The notes under the pieces were generated by a model. The model was given only the letters and a program-made list of their open reading frames with translations, did no database searches and had not been told where the DNA came from. This document shows, one piece after another, positions 53,085-64,000 of a DNA stretch of 64,000 bases (within the stretch, counting starts at the first letter, position 1; the number at the start of each line of letters is the position of its first letter). Made by a program: the position numbers and the translations under genes. Where the stretch lies: positions 2,232,001-2,296,000 of the forward strand of contig NC_043015.1 in the NCBI RefSeq assembly GCF_006345805.1, in the 5' to 3' direction. The DNA is from Octopus sinensis (lineage: Eukaryota).

Positions 53085-53399
53085 TATATATATATATATA
53101 TATATATTTATACACACAGATACATAGACTCACCTATTTTCAGATGCATCGGGAACTGATCGAGGGCGATAGCACCAACTCACCCAGAAGGATTTCCTTT
53201 CGAGATATTTTGTCGAGAATCCTAACCGAGCAAATTTGACTCCTACCTCCAGTTTTGTGGAAATGTTTATGTGCCTCCGGCCAGTGAGCCTGATGTAACA
53301 TCTTCATTGCTAAAGTCTTCATAGTTTACGAAATCAATGGTCACTCTCTGGCTGGCCATGACCAACAACATTTACGTATGCATACGAATATACAAACAT

Positions 53400-53503
53400 A
53401 TGTATATGTGTGTGCGTGCGAGTGTGCGTGGACGTGTGTGTGTATGTGTGTGTATGTGTGAGTGCGTATACATATACATGCGTGCATACACACACATATA
53501 TAT

Positions 53504-53542
<39 letters not shown>

Positions 53543-53785
53543 TATATACATATATATATATACATACACATGCATATATACATTGCATGCACACACATAC
53601 ACACACATACACACACATGTACACACATACACACATACACACATACACACATACACACACATACACACATACACACATACACACATACATGCACACATAC
53701 ATACACACATACATACACACATACACACGTACATACACACATACATACACATACATACATACGTACATACATACAAACATACGTA
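53400..53785. repeat. compound (TG)/(TA)/(CA)/(CATA) array
   Basis: Direct reading. Confidence 0.93.
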
Positions 53786-55599
53786 ATTATGTCGGATACT
53801 TAGTATCGAAATATGTATGGTAATGAACCCAGCAAGAAGGCCTTTATGTTGTCGTTTTATATGCTAGACATGACAAAGGAATATTCTAAACGGAACGTAT
53901 AATATTATAGAAATGTCAATGTAAATGTTTTAACCTGTAGCAATGTCTGCCTGCTGAAATCACGGGATGTTGACTACTGGAATTCGCTGAGGAAAGGTCT
54001 GTTCATTCAGGGTTGAAATGAGATGATACAGGAAAACGCACAGAGAACTATTGAGTTGTAACAGCTTTTCTAGAACACAAACAAATACGCATAGACACCA
54101 CATAGAGAAAAATATCTCCCAGACCAAAAGTCATTTGTTTTGTTATTTTTGTATGTTACTTATGTTAACTGGCCTAAATAATGTTTAGGCAAGTTGCCCT
54201 ATATGTCAAGTGATGTATTGTCAGTTTATATATCAAGAATCTTTATATAAGATAACAAAGCAGTAAACAAGTTGATTAGAATTTCTCAGGTAATTTTACA
54301 TTGAACGTCATAAATACTAGAGACGATAGAATAAAATGTTCTTTCCTTTTTTTTTCTTTATTAGTACTTTTTGTCACAGATGTTTGTGAGTCTGAATTTG
54401 ATAATTTGCTTGATTAATTCCATTGTGATTGTTTATTTATTTGTTTGTTTGTTTATTGCTATTTTTTTTTGTGTATTAACCATTCTCAATGTCTCATTAT
54501 CACAGACTTCAGACTCACTTGTGTATTGTTAATGGATTAATGGCAACGGCGTCCGTTAATTCCTTCCCTCACTTTCTATTAACTCAATTTAGGCCAAACA
54601 AGTTATAAAAATAAGTGAAACTGACATAATTTGTTTCCGAAATATAAAGAAATCGTTAACACGTTTAAATCACCGAATATTATTTCGTTTTTTTTTTATT
54701 TCGTTTCTGTCACATTCCGGAAGTTAGTATGAAGTAATTAAGTCCATTTCTACCATTACCTACTTCCTAGTGAGAGTAAGAACGAAAGACGATTCCACAG
54801 TAAGACTGATTTGTTAAGTCTGTCTACGCCACACGAAACTTGGTGAAAGATATTGCAAATAAGACTTATTGAACTTTGCAAACAAGCATAATTAAATAAT
54901 TTTGTATAGAATACTAATGTGCATATTTCGAACACACACACATTATTTAAGTAAGAGAGGTCATTCTGGTGGGATATTAAATCAATTCATTCTATTCTTA
55001 AACTGAAATTATTTTACGTAACCTGGAATGTTCGGTTGTACCACTTCGGGTTTGGAAATCGTTGCGCAAAGTGCCTGAACAAAACACTACAGAGACCAAC
55101 CTGTTATAACTATCAACTGCTTCTTACCATTGTTTTGTATGACAATACACTTTGTATCCTTTCGAATGTGCTGGAGTATATTATATTCCGAACAGCAATT
55201 TAATAAGACATTCATAATTCCCTTCTATATGACTATAACCGAGTTGTTGTAATATATATATTTCGATTCAATTGATTAGAGTCCTAATCAATTTTGTTTT
55301 AGTGTATTATTCATAATGCATAGAAAGTAAAAACGAAAATTATTTGCTATGATTCATATATGATACATGTATGTCTAAAAGCGGATTATGTATATAGTAT
55401 TAAATTAATTAAGAAAGTAAATTACTGAACACAGATTGTGTATGCCAATAACAAATGATATGTTGTTATTAAATCAGTAAATCTTTGTTTATACATTCCG
55501 TTTACTACTAAGTAATACACAAAGTACAAGGGTAACATCATGTATGACCAAAAACTATTTATTCTTCCAATCCGTTGCGTAGATGATCCCTCTCACACT

Positions 55600-55818
55600 G
55601 GCAGAAACGTTAGAGCGCCGGGCGAAATACTTAGCGGTATTTCGTCTACGTTACGTTGTGAGTTCAAATTCCGCCGAGGTCGACTTTGCCTTTCATCCTT
55701 TCGAGGTCGATAAATAAAGTACCAGTTACGCGCTGGGGTTGATGTAATCGACTCGATCCTTTTGTCTGTCCTTGTTTGTCCTCTGTATGTTTAGCCCCTT
55801 GTGGCTAATAAAGAATTA
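55600..55818 (+). mobile_element. SINE family A with 15-bp TSD
   Basis: TSD gatccctctcacact at 55585-55599 and 55819-55833. Confidence 0.93.
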
Positions 55819-56133
55819 GATCCCTCTCACACTCTCCTAATAACATCATGTCTTACTAGCAATTTCATATTAAGATGCTAATATCTTTTTTACAGCGCCT
55901 TTTAGCTTTCAACTCTTTTATATCTTACCTATAAAAGTCGAACTTTTACAAGGATAAAATAAAACGTTTCTCCTACTCGCTTTTGCTTGTGTTAATCAAC
56001 ACACAATGTGCAGTACAACAAAAGGAAGATTATTACAGAAGGTAGTGTTTGCTTGCAGAAGATGCACAGGGGCCGTAAAAGCTAAAGATAATCGGGAAAT
56101 CAATTATCTGAAATACTCATTGGGTCTCAAGAG

Positions 56134-56327
56134 GTAGGGAACCTAATTAGCAGTAGGAGAGGTTTTAAAGGACGTGCAATCACCAGAATAAGAATTAGAT
56201 AAGAAACATTAGTGATCCTTTACCTTTGTTGGCAACTAAAATGCTCCCTTTGTAAGTCAAATGAAGATTGTATGGGGCATGTATACGAAAAGCAACGCTA
56301 CGTGTGGGCCCTGAAGGAAGAAGACAT
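56134..56327 (+). pseudogene. RTE-clade LINE reverse-transcriptase C-terminal relic
   Basis: VGNLISSRRG...TRIRIR and LPLLATKMLPL*VK*RLYGACIR resemble the RTE YLGxxIS...RI...LPLL...VKGRLYxACVR segment. Confidence 0.7.
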
Positions 56328-57009
56328 CATTAATCATATTTATTAATCAGAGCCTCAATTAGACTTGTAAAACCACCTCTAATTTCTTTTGCCTTAGTCA
56401 TTCTGATAGACAAATCATTCTCAATTCCCCAGCCTATATAGTAGTTATTGGTATACCATAATTTCCATCAACTTGTACAATAGTGAATTCAAATTTAAAT
56501 CTCGTCCTTGCAGGTGAAAAGCAATCCTGATTTGTGGGATACCGTAACGCGATCTAATTCAAACAAAGCCATATTCGCTGTAAATATATATGGATCTGTT
56601 AGCACTGATCCAGCGATAAGATTTTCCCTTTCAATGACTGTAGCTTATGAAAATATGCGTAAATAACTTGTGTATTCGTTATTTGAAATCGCAAAGCCTT
56701 TCTCGGTACCAGCTCACCCAATGCAGTGACCTTGACAAACGGTACATACCTAACTCTATGCATCTGCAAAGCATTCAACTGTGATTAAGAATGTAGTAAG
56801 GTCACTCAATGATCCTTTATTTCTCATTCACATATCAGTGAGCATCAGCAAATCGCCATTGAAGATGTTATTGCCACAAAAACATAAATAAAGGAAACTT
56901 TTGCTTCAGGGTATTGTAATATATTTTCCTCTCATTCATTCTGAATCTTGATTGGAAACTTTTGGTCATTTCTAACGAAAAATGCACTTCATAAGGTAAA
57001 AAGGACACC

Positions 57010-57313
57010 ATTCCATCATGAATTAGCATGGGATCGCACCTACAAAGTTACCCGCCAAGTCACAAGTCCAGGCAAGGATCTTTCCGGAAGATCAATAGTC
57101 GGCAATGCATACCAGTTCCCCCATGCTAGGCTACCGATGATATCCAAGGGAAAAGCAAAGGTCGACACAGCTTGGTACCAGTGACTCATTTATACAGCTT
57201 AGTAAACTAGTGCAACGTGAAATATAGTGGCATTCTTAAGCGCAGAAAACGCAGTCCGGTACAGAGATTGAATTGCTTCTGTGCCACACGTTAGAGCCAC
57301 TGAACACCTTCAC
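57010..57313 (-). mobile_element. decayed SINE family D
   Basis: actcatttatacagcttagtaaactagtgcaacgtgaaatatagtg body and a decayed tRNA-like head at about 57250-57313; single copy in the window, so the family call relies on recall. Confidence 0.5.
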
Positions 57314-58229
57314 ATAAAAAAAATTGCATCTATGCAACTAATTATCCCTTTCCAGATGTCCTTGCCTTTTATATACTTATTTTTTCTTTGTTGAGATATT
57401 CTTACCTCACACATGTATAATATTGCGTCTCCGGCCAATGAAATTGAACCAAATTGCAAAGGATTTAGTAAAGAGTGTCTGGTTTAATGCAATACACTTT
57501 ATGCTACACCCTGTACAAACTAGAATTGAACAAACATAATTCCATGTATGTGACGATAATTTCTTAGGTGCATTATAAGTGAAGATTTCGTATAAAAACT
57601 ATCCCTATTAAGAAAATAAAAATCAAATACAAGACTTTTGGTAAATAGCATTCAAAACAACAGAGCAGTAATCAATATGTCACTTGGGGCCAAGAAAGCT
57701 AGATAAGACTCTTTCAGTTCTATGTCTTATCATAATTCTCTCTCTTCGGCACAAATAGCATTTTAATGATATAGCTCCGCTCTGCAATTCTCAATTCCCA
57801 GCGATGTTTCCTAGCAATAACGATGTTTAAGAATTCAAGATAGGCAACAAATCCATCCAGTAAACAGATGTGGTTAAACTGTAAAAAAATACGACCATAA
57901 TACTTTCTCGACAAAATAATGGAGATAAATATATGGAGAATGAACTGGCCTCAGCCCAACGGAAGTACTACCCCATCAATTATACAACGTACCTTAACGG
58001 ACATAATAATATGATCCTTAGAAACTATGATAATGCCTGAAGTGTTGCTACAATAATATACCTTATTCATTACACTTATACATACATTATGATTATCACT
58101 TCTTTAGAGAAGGAGGCCATCTCTTAAGATCTTGGTAAGAAATTCCTATTAGAGTCTTATCCACAAAAATAAACACTTTCCTTTTTAAAGCATGCAGGAA
58201 ACTGTCGCTTCCATTCATTTCCTGCACCC

Positions 58230-58234
<5 letters not shown>

Positions 58235-58311
<77 letters not shown>
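58235..58311. repeat. (GA)n microsatellite
   Basis: Perfect run. Confidence 0.97.
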
Positions 58312-58313
<2 letters not shown>

Positions 58314-59028
58314 CGTCACTATGCTCTTTGTTAAAAATTCCTTTACGTCTCGGTCTTGTTCGAATTAAGAAAAATCATTGTATAATATAATACTGGGTTC
58401 TAAAGATTTTTGGTCCTCAAAAATTATTTCCGCTCTCATCATTTTTCTTATTACAAAAACTGTTTTATTTTTCTTGTTCGTATTTTCGTCTGACACGTCA
58501 TTGTAGTTAAAGTGCCGACATAGCAAAATACAAATTTTAAGAGATATGGGAAGGCAATTCTCTGAAGGAGTTAAATGTTCAAAATATCGAAGAAAAAATA
58601 ATTGAACTGACCGAATTTTCAAAACTTCTATCATTAATGAAGGTATTGAAATGATGCCTGACATCTGGGGAAAAGCTCATTGCTTGATTGGCAGCCTCTT
58701 TTAAGTGAATGCCACATAAACTGTAGAATTTTCAAAACTTGAGAAAATGAATTTATTGACGTGTGTATTGGCAGTGAGAAATATCCTGTGTTTGCGGATT
58801 GCAACTATGGATAGTTCCGATTCCAAAGCACAAAGTGATTATAAACAGGACTACAAAGAAGAATGCATTATAAAAGAAGAAATATGACTAAATGACTATA
58901 ATAGTGGAAAAGAGCGATGTATGAATTCTGGATTGCTTAGTTAACTGAACAACAATTAAAGGATATTGATCGCAAACTAGACATGATTATACTTCGTCGT
59001 TCTGATCTAACAATATTGAAATAATACA

Positions 59029-59927
59029 AACGAGGTGTTAGAAAAAAACGTTCAAAGACTAGTTTTTGTAGCATATCAACAGATGGCTGCACATGATTGT
59101 GTGCACAAGGAGAGCGAACTGTGTCCCTCATGAGACAGTGTGTCGATTGACATCGTCGTGTTTAATTCGCAAGTTGTGAAATTTGTGCTTTTGTGACATC
59201 ACGTATGCGATTTTAGCCATGGACAAAAATTTGGAACAAGGAGCCAACGTGACATGCGTTAAATATAAACAGTCTATTGCAGAGACATTGAGCATGCATC
59301 GGCAAGCTTGCGGTGACGAGTCAACGTGTCTTGTGCAATGATTCAGGTGAACGGTGAACGGAAGAACGTCCCTGGCAGTCAAGGAGCGATTTGAGAGACC
59401 TGTGATCAGCGTAAACCCAGAAATGTGATTTTGTGAATCGTAAATACGTAGCTCAGGACCAGACCACCAATCAAGTGTTCTACCGCGATGGTTTGAAGCT
59501 TTTGAGGGAAGACATCAGGTGAAACCAACCCGATCTGTGGACCGCGAATGATCAGATTCTCCACAACGGCAATGCCCTCTGCCACCGGGCTCTCTTACCT
59601 CGTGGTTTCTCGCCAAAAACAGCCTCGTATCCGACCTATTTGCTAGACTTAGCACCTGCGTATTGCTATACCTTTTTCGAGAAGAAAATGCGACTCAAAA
59701 GTCATTTTTATTCACAGTTGTCAAGATCAAGAGCACACTGCAGATGATCCTCGACTCGCTCTCGGACAACGACTTCCAAACCGGATTCCAATAGTAGCAG
59801 AAACGCTTCGAAGCGGTATAATGCTCTACAAGATGAATATTTTGAAGGAGATGATGTTAAACTTAGGCAAATAAGTTATCTTTTATTAAACATAAATATG
59901 ATCGGAACACGTTGATACTACCTCGTA
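59029..59927 (+). mobile_element. internally deleted, decayed mariner (irritans-like)
   Basis: Ends acgaggtg... and ...tacctcgta; remnants MDKNLEQGANV, QDQTTNQVFY, ILHNGNALCHRAL, YLLDLAPA, QDEYFEGD. Confidence 0.88.
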
Positions 59928-60138
59928 TTTACTAAGAAAAACAGACTTATTTCTTTGTATTCCTTACTGAAACATTCTCTTGAAATGAAAATAATTGATT
60001 TCTAAACATTGCTGAAGAACTTAACTTATGCCCACTGTTCATTAATCTTTATTCTGACTAATATATGAGGAGTATTACATCATTAAACAGACCTGAGAAT
60101 GCACCTTCCGTCAGTCTATCAGCATACACACGCACACA

Positions 60139-60174
<36 letters not shown>

Positions 60175-60177
60175 CAC

Positions 60178-60217
<40 letters not shown>

Positions 60218-60310
60218 ATATATATATATTATATATATATATATCTTATATATATATATATGCATACATACACACACACTCACTCACATAGAAAACGCAC
60301 GTATTATTAA

Positions 60311-61810
60311 ACAACAGAAACCAAATCTCTCGATTTTTGTGTCTTCCCAATTTATCATTGTGTAAACAATACCCCAGACCAATCGAGAATCCATAAGGAA
60401 AGCTCATTTATTAAGAAATGCAAGCCACAGCTCAATTGACATTGACAAAACATCAATAATACACGTTTTAGTTTCCCTATGAATTAATAATTGTAGAATT
60501 TCTGCTTGCTTGCGATCGTTCTTAACTAAGCTAATGTCCATGTAGCAGCTAAAATCTATTTATTTATTCTAAATCATGTTATATTTCCCATCCCCTATCT
60601 TGTTAGTGAAAGGAAGGAAATATTTGAGCATAATAAGGGGGATTGAAGTAACGCTAACTACAACTATCATTTAGAAGTATAAACAAGCGTTATCAATGAC
60701 GGTTTTTACTTAAACAATAATTATAATCTTGATTCAAATCTCTATTTTCTAACTGTCAAAAGACATATTCAGTAAAGGACACTTTTAAGTGACCTTCTAA
60801 CGTGACTGCAACATGTTCTTAATACATGAATATTCACCCATCAATACGATCTTTAACAAGTAGTGTATTGATCCATAATCTTACTTTAAAAACGCACTAT
60901 TAATAATCCCCTAACCTAAACATTCACAACACAAATACACACACGTAAACCACAGACCCACGACTTATACACATACCTATACTACTTATAAACCTCAATA
61001 TACACCAAAACCCACCTCACTCCCCACACAGACAATTAACACATACATCCCAAAACCTAAATAACAAACCCATATACACATTCACACACAAACACACACA
61101 CACGCAAAACACACACACAACGGATACATATACTCCCTCACATATACGCATATACATACTCACTAAACTCGAGATATAAACAATCATATTTACACACCCA
61201 CACTCATACAGATAAATAAATTATACAACTAAAAATCACACACAAACTCATATACATAAACACTCCTATGAAAACAACATTAAATACATCGTAATTACCA
61301 GAATATCAAAAATAACAATATGACATAAGGATAAATAAAAGACATACTTACAAGTCAGTTTCAAATTATGAAGTGAAATTAAATTCTTAGCCGTTATATA
61401 TAATTAGGTATATGTGTATGGGTGTATATATAGTTTATATTATATTATTATTATTTTTTTGTTGTTTTATATTTTATATTTTATATTTTATATTTTATAG
61501 TTTATATTTAATGTTGATCGGTTTTTTTTAGTTTATATATGTTTTATATATTGATTATATATGGATATATATAGGTTATATATGGATTATATACTTATAT
61601 TTTTTCATTCATACTTTAATTATTTTAAAATTATTATTTTTATATTTTAAAATATTGGTTTTTTTAGATGGAAGTCCACCTGAAGATTGTCGATCAAGAC
61701 AAGAAACGATTGTAGTGGCGGTTTTGTTTGACTATTTATTAAAATTTTATGTGTTGATTAAGTTTTTCCTTGTTTGTTTTGCAAAATAGTGGTTTTGTCT
61801 CTAATAATAT
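60311..61810 (+). mobile_element. 5'-truncated Penelope-like element: endonuclease C-terminus, long 3' region and HHR
   Basis: 60311-60439 translates FCVFPIYH...RIHKESSFIKKCKPQLN*, like the R..KE..FI...KP.LN end of PLE GIY-YIG domains; followed by CA-rich and T-rich non-coding DNA, an HHR and (TA)n. Confidence 0.72.
61676..61718 (+). ncRNA. minimal type-I hammerhead ribozyme, intact core
   Basis: Stem I ccac/gtgg; CTGAAGA; stem II ttgtc/gacaa (loop gatcaa); GAAA; stem III c-gatt-g (near-palindrome of cgatcg); GUA triplet at 61712-61714. Confidence 0.82.
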
Positions 61811-62389
61811 TTTATATATATATATATATATATAAATATATCGATAAAGATATAGGTAAATACATACATACGTTCATAGCGCCCACAAAGCGACAAATAC
61901 AACACACACCTATATACGTGTATGTTCGTGCCAAAGCCATATGGTAAGATTTTAAGTGAAGATGTCATATACTTTAGATCTCTAAAGTTTGTTAATATAT
62001 TTCATTGTGTCATTGGCATTTTATTAAAAAGATGACCTTTTAAGCAGAGTTCATAACGTAATGTCTTATAAAACAAACACGGTGAAACATAATCAATCAG
62101 AAAACGGGTGACCCAGTAAACTATCTTAGAAATTCTTATCTGAAACGTGGAAGAAAATTTACTGAAAATATATTCTGATAATTGGTTATCTGCTGACATT
62201 TCAGATATTTTGGCTCAGACATATTCATAAATATCAGTGGAGAAGTACGTATTTATCATCATAAGTAATCTCTCACACATACACTAAGACGCAACCATAC
62301 ACCTTTAAACACGCCTACGCATTTGCATAAACATGTGACACTCAAGCACAGAAACTAATCTAGTGAATGTGTACACATGTGTATATAGA

Positions 62390-62397
62390 TTTTTATA

Positions 62398-62472
<75 letters not shown>

Positions 62473-62890
62473 ATATATATGTATGTGTGTGTGTGTTGTT
62501 GTGGTGTGTACGTACGTACTGACTCGCATGTATATATATATACATATATAATATATATGTACATATATATATATGAATGTATTTATGTAATTATTTATAC
62601 ACATACGTACCAACTCACAGGTATATACATATAGACATATGTATATATATATAACCCATATACACAAATAAACATACATTTATACATACTTATATACATT
62701 TTTTTTATATCAACATACAAATACATATATACATATATACGTATATGTATATTTGCGGGCATACATATATCCATATACGGATATACATATGCACACACAC
62801 ACATATATATACGTATAGATATGCACATACACAAACATATACTCATATATACATACGCACGCACATGTATAAGCACACATATGTGGGTGT
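62390..62890. repeat. (TA)n and degenerate (CATA) array
   Basis: Direct reading. Confidence 0.9.
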
Positions 62891-62949
62891 ATGCGTTTTC
62901 GGGTACGTGCTTGTGTGAATCTGTTAAGGATAATCGTTCGTCTTAAAAT

Positions 62950-63210
62950 GATATAACAAGATGAGCATTGAAGTCGAGAGAACCTGAATATAAATTGGCA
63001 GGGAGCCAGGAATCCAGGTATTTGAGCAAAAGTGCGTCAGGAGAACCTCTGCATAAACAGTACATAGTGCTTAAATGAAGGTTTCTCAGGCAGCAATGCA
63101 TCAAAATAAGCTTGATAGTCATGAAAAACTCATTGGCCAATTTAAATGGCGCAACCTTGCCTGTTAGTGCCATATATCCCGACCTAACACCCTGTCCAGA
63201 TAGACCGCAA
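62950..63210 (-). pseudogene. possible LINE APE-endonuclease relic
   Basis: ORF 62943-63173 has YCLCRGSP...LDFNAH, resembling the YRxP...GDFNAH motifs. Confidence 0.45.
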
Positions 63211-63355
63211 GGTACACTTGAGAACTGATAAAGAAAAATTTCGGTATGACAATATCAAAACTACTGGTTACAATTGAGGGCAAAGTCGCCAAGAGTGTCA
63301 CACCAACGACTGGCTGCATCAATCAAGGGATGCTGGTGCTGCTATTGTTGCTGTT

Positions 63356-63488
63356 GATAATGATGATGATGATGATGATGATGATTATGACGACAACGAC
63401 GATGATGACGATGATGATGATTATGATTATGATTATGACGACGACGACGACGACGATGATGATGATGATGATGATGATGATTATGATA
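63356..63488. repeat. (ATG)n/(ACG)n trinucleotide microsatellite
   Basis: Direct reading. Confidence 0.96.
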
Positions 63489-64000
63489 TAAAATTATATA
63501 AAAGAAAAGATTGATAGTAAATACACGAAAACCATGATATTGGCATATATCATTTCACTGAATAATGAATCAAAACTTTAGGAATATATGTGTTGATAAA
63601 TGTATGCATTAAAGGTTCGCTTTTATCAGAAAATGATACAGAGAATTGTAAAAATGAGCATTAATATTATCGTGGTTAAACACTAAAGACTCTCTCGATG
63701 ATTTTTCCATGCCTACTGTACGAAGATAAGGAAAGATATAAAGAAGGTTCCAAACAGCAACTGATATTCATAAAATGTGGAGATGAAAAATGGCTTACAA
63801 TTTGATGGTGGCATTGTTTTTATTGAGAATTAAAGCTATCTTTGCGTGTAATCCTGAGCGCGCATGTACACACACACACACACACACACACAACACACAC
63901 ACACACACACACACAACACACAAACACACACACATATATATATATATATATGTATATATATAGACATACATACACACACACACATATATATATGTATATA

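Noticed and set aside
53134-53370. Minus-strand exon-like segment with GTGAGT donors
   Set aside because: No continuous recognisable frame or good acceptor; more likely a decayed retroelement fragment.

Overview
AT-rich eukaryotic non-coding DNA (intergenic or a large intron) with no supportable intact protein-coding gene; nearly all listed ORFs are microsatellite or SINE read-through artefacts. The repeat repertoire resembles octopus/coleoid cephalopod DNA (inference from recall, not verified). Contents: very dense (TA)n/(CA)n and trinucleotide microsatellites; about 25 tRNA-derived SINE copies in four families (working labels A-D), several with clear target-site duplications (TSDs); five decayed mariner transposons; non-autonomous Helitron-like elements; small RTE, CRE-like and APE-LINE relics; and Penelope-like element (PLE) remnants. 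The most notable signal, invisible in the ORF track, is a set of minimal type-I hammerhead ribozyme (HHR) motifs: three essentially intact (15698, 36016, 61676) and five with core damage (2732, 11199, 11340, 21567, 24845). They occur in a PLE 3' region, in fold-back structures, and in one composite element joining a tRNA-like Pol III head, an (AAT)n linker and an HHR-bearing tail. Two further micro-elements fold back at or near the predicted HHR cleavage site. All structures were read by eye and coordinates may be off by a few bases.
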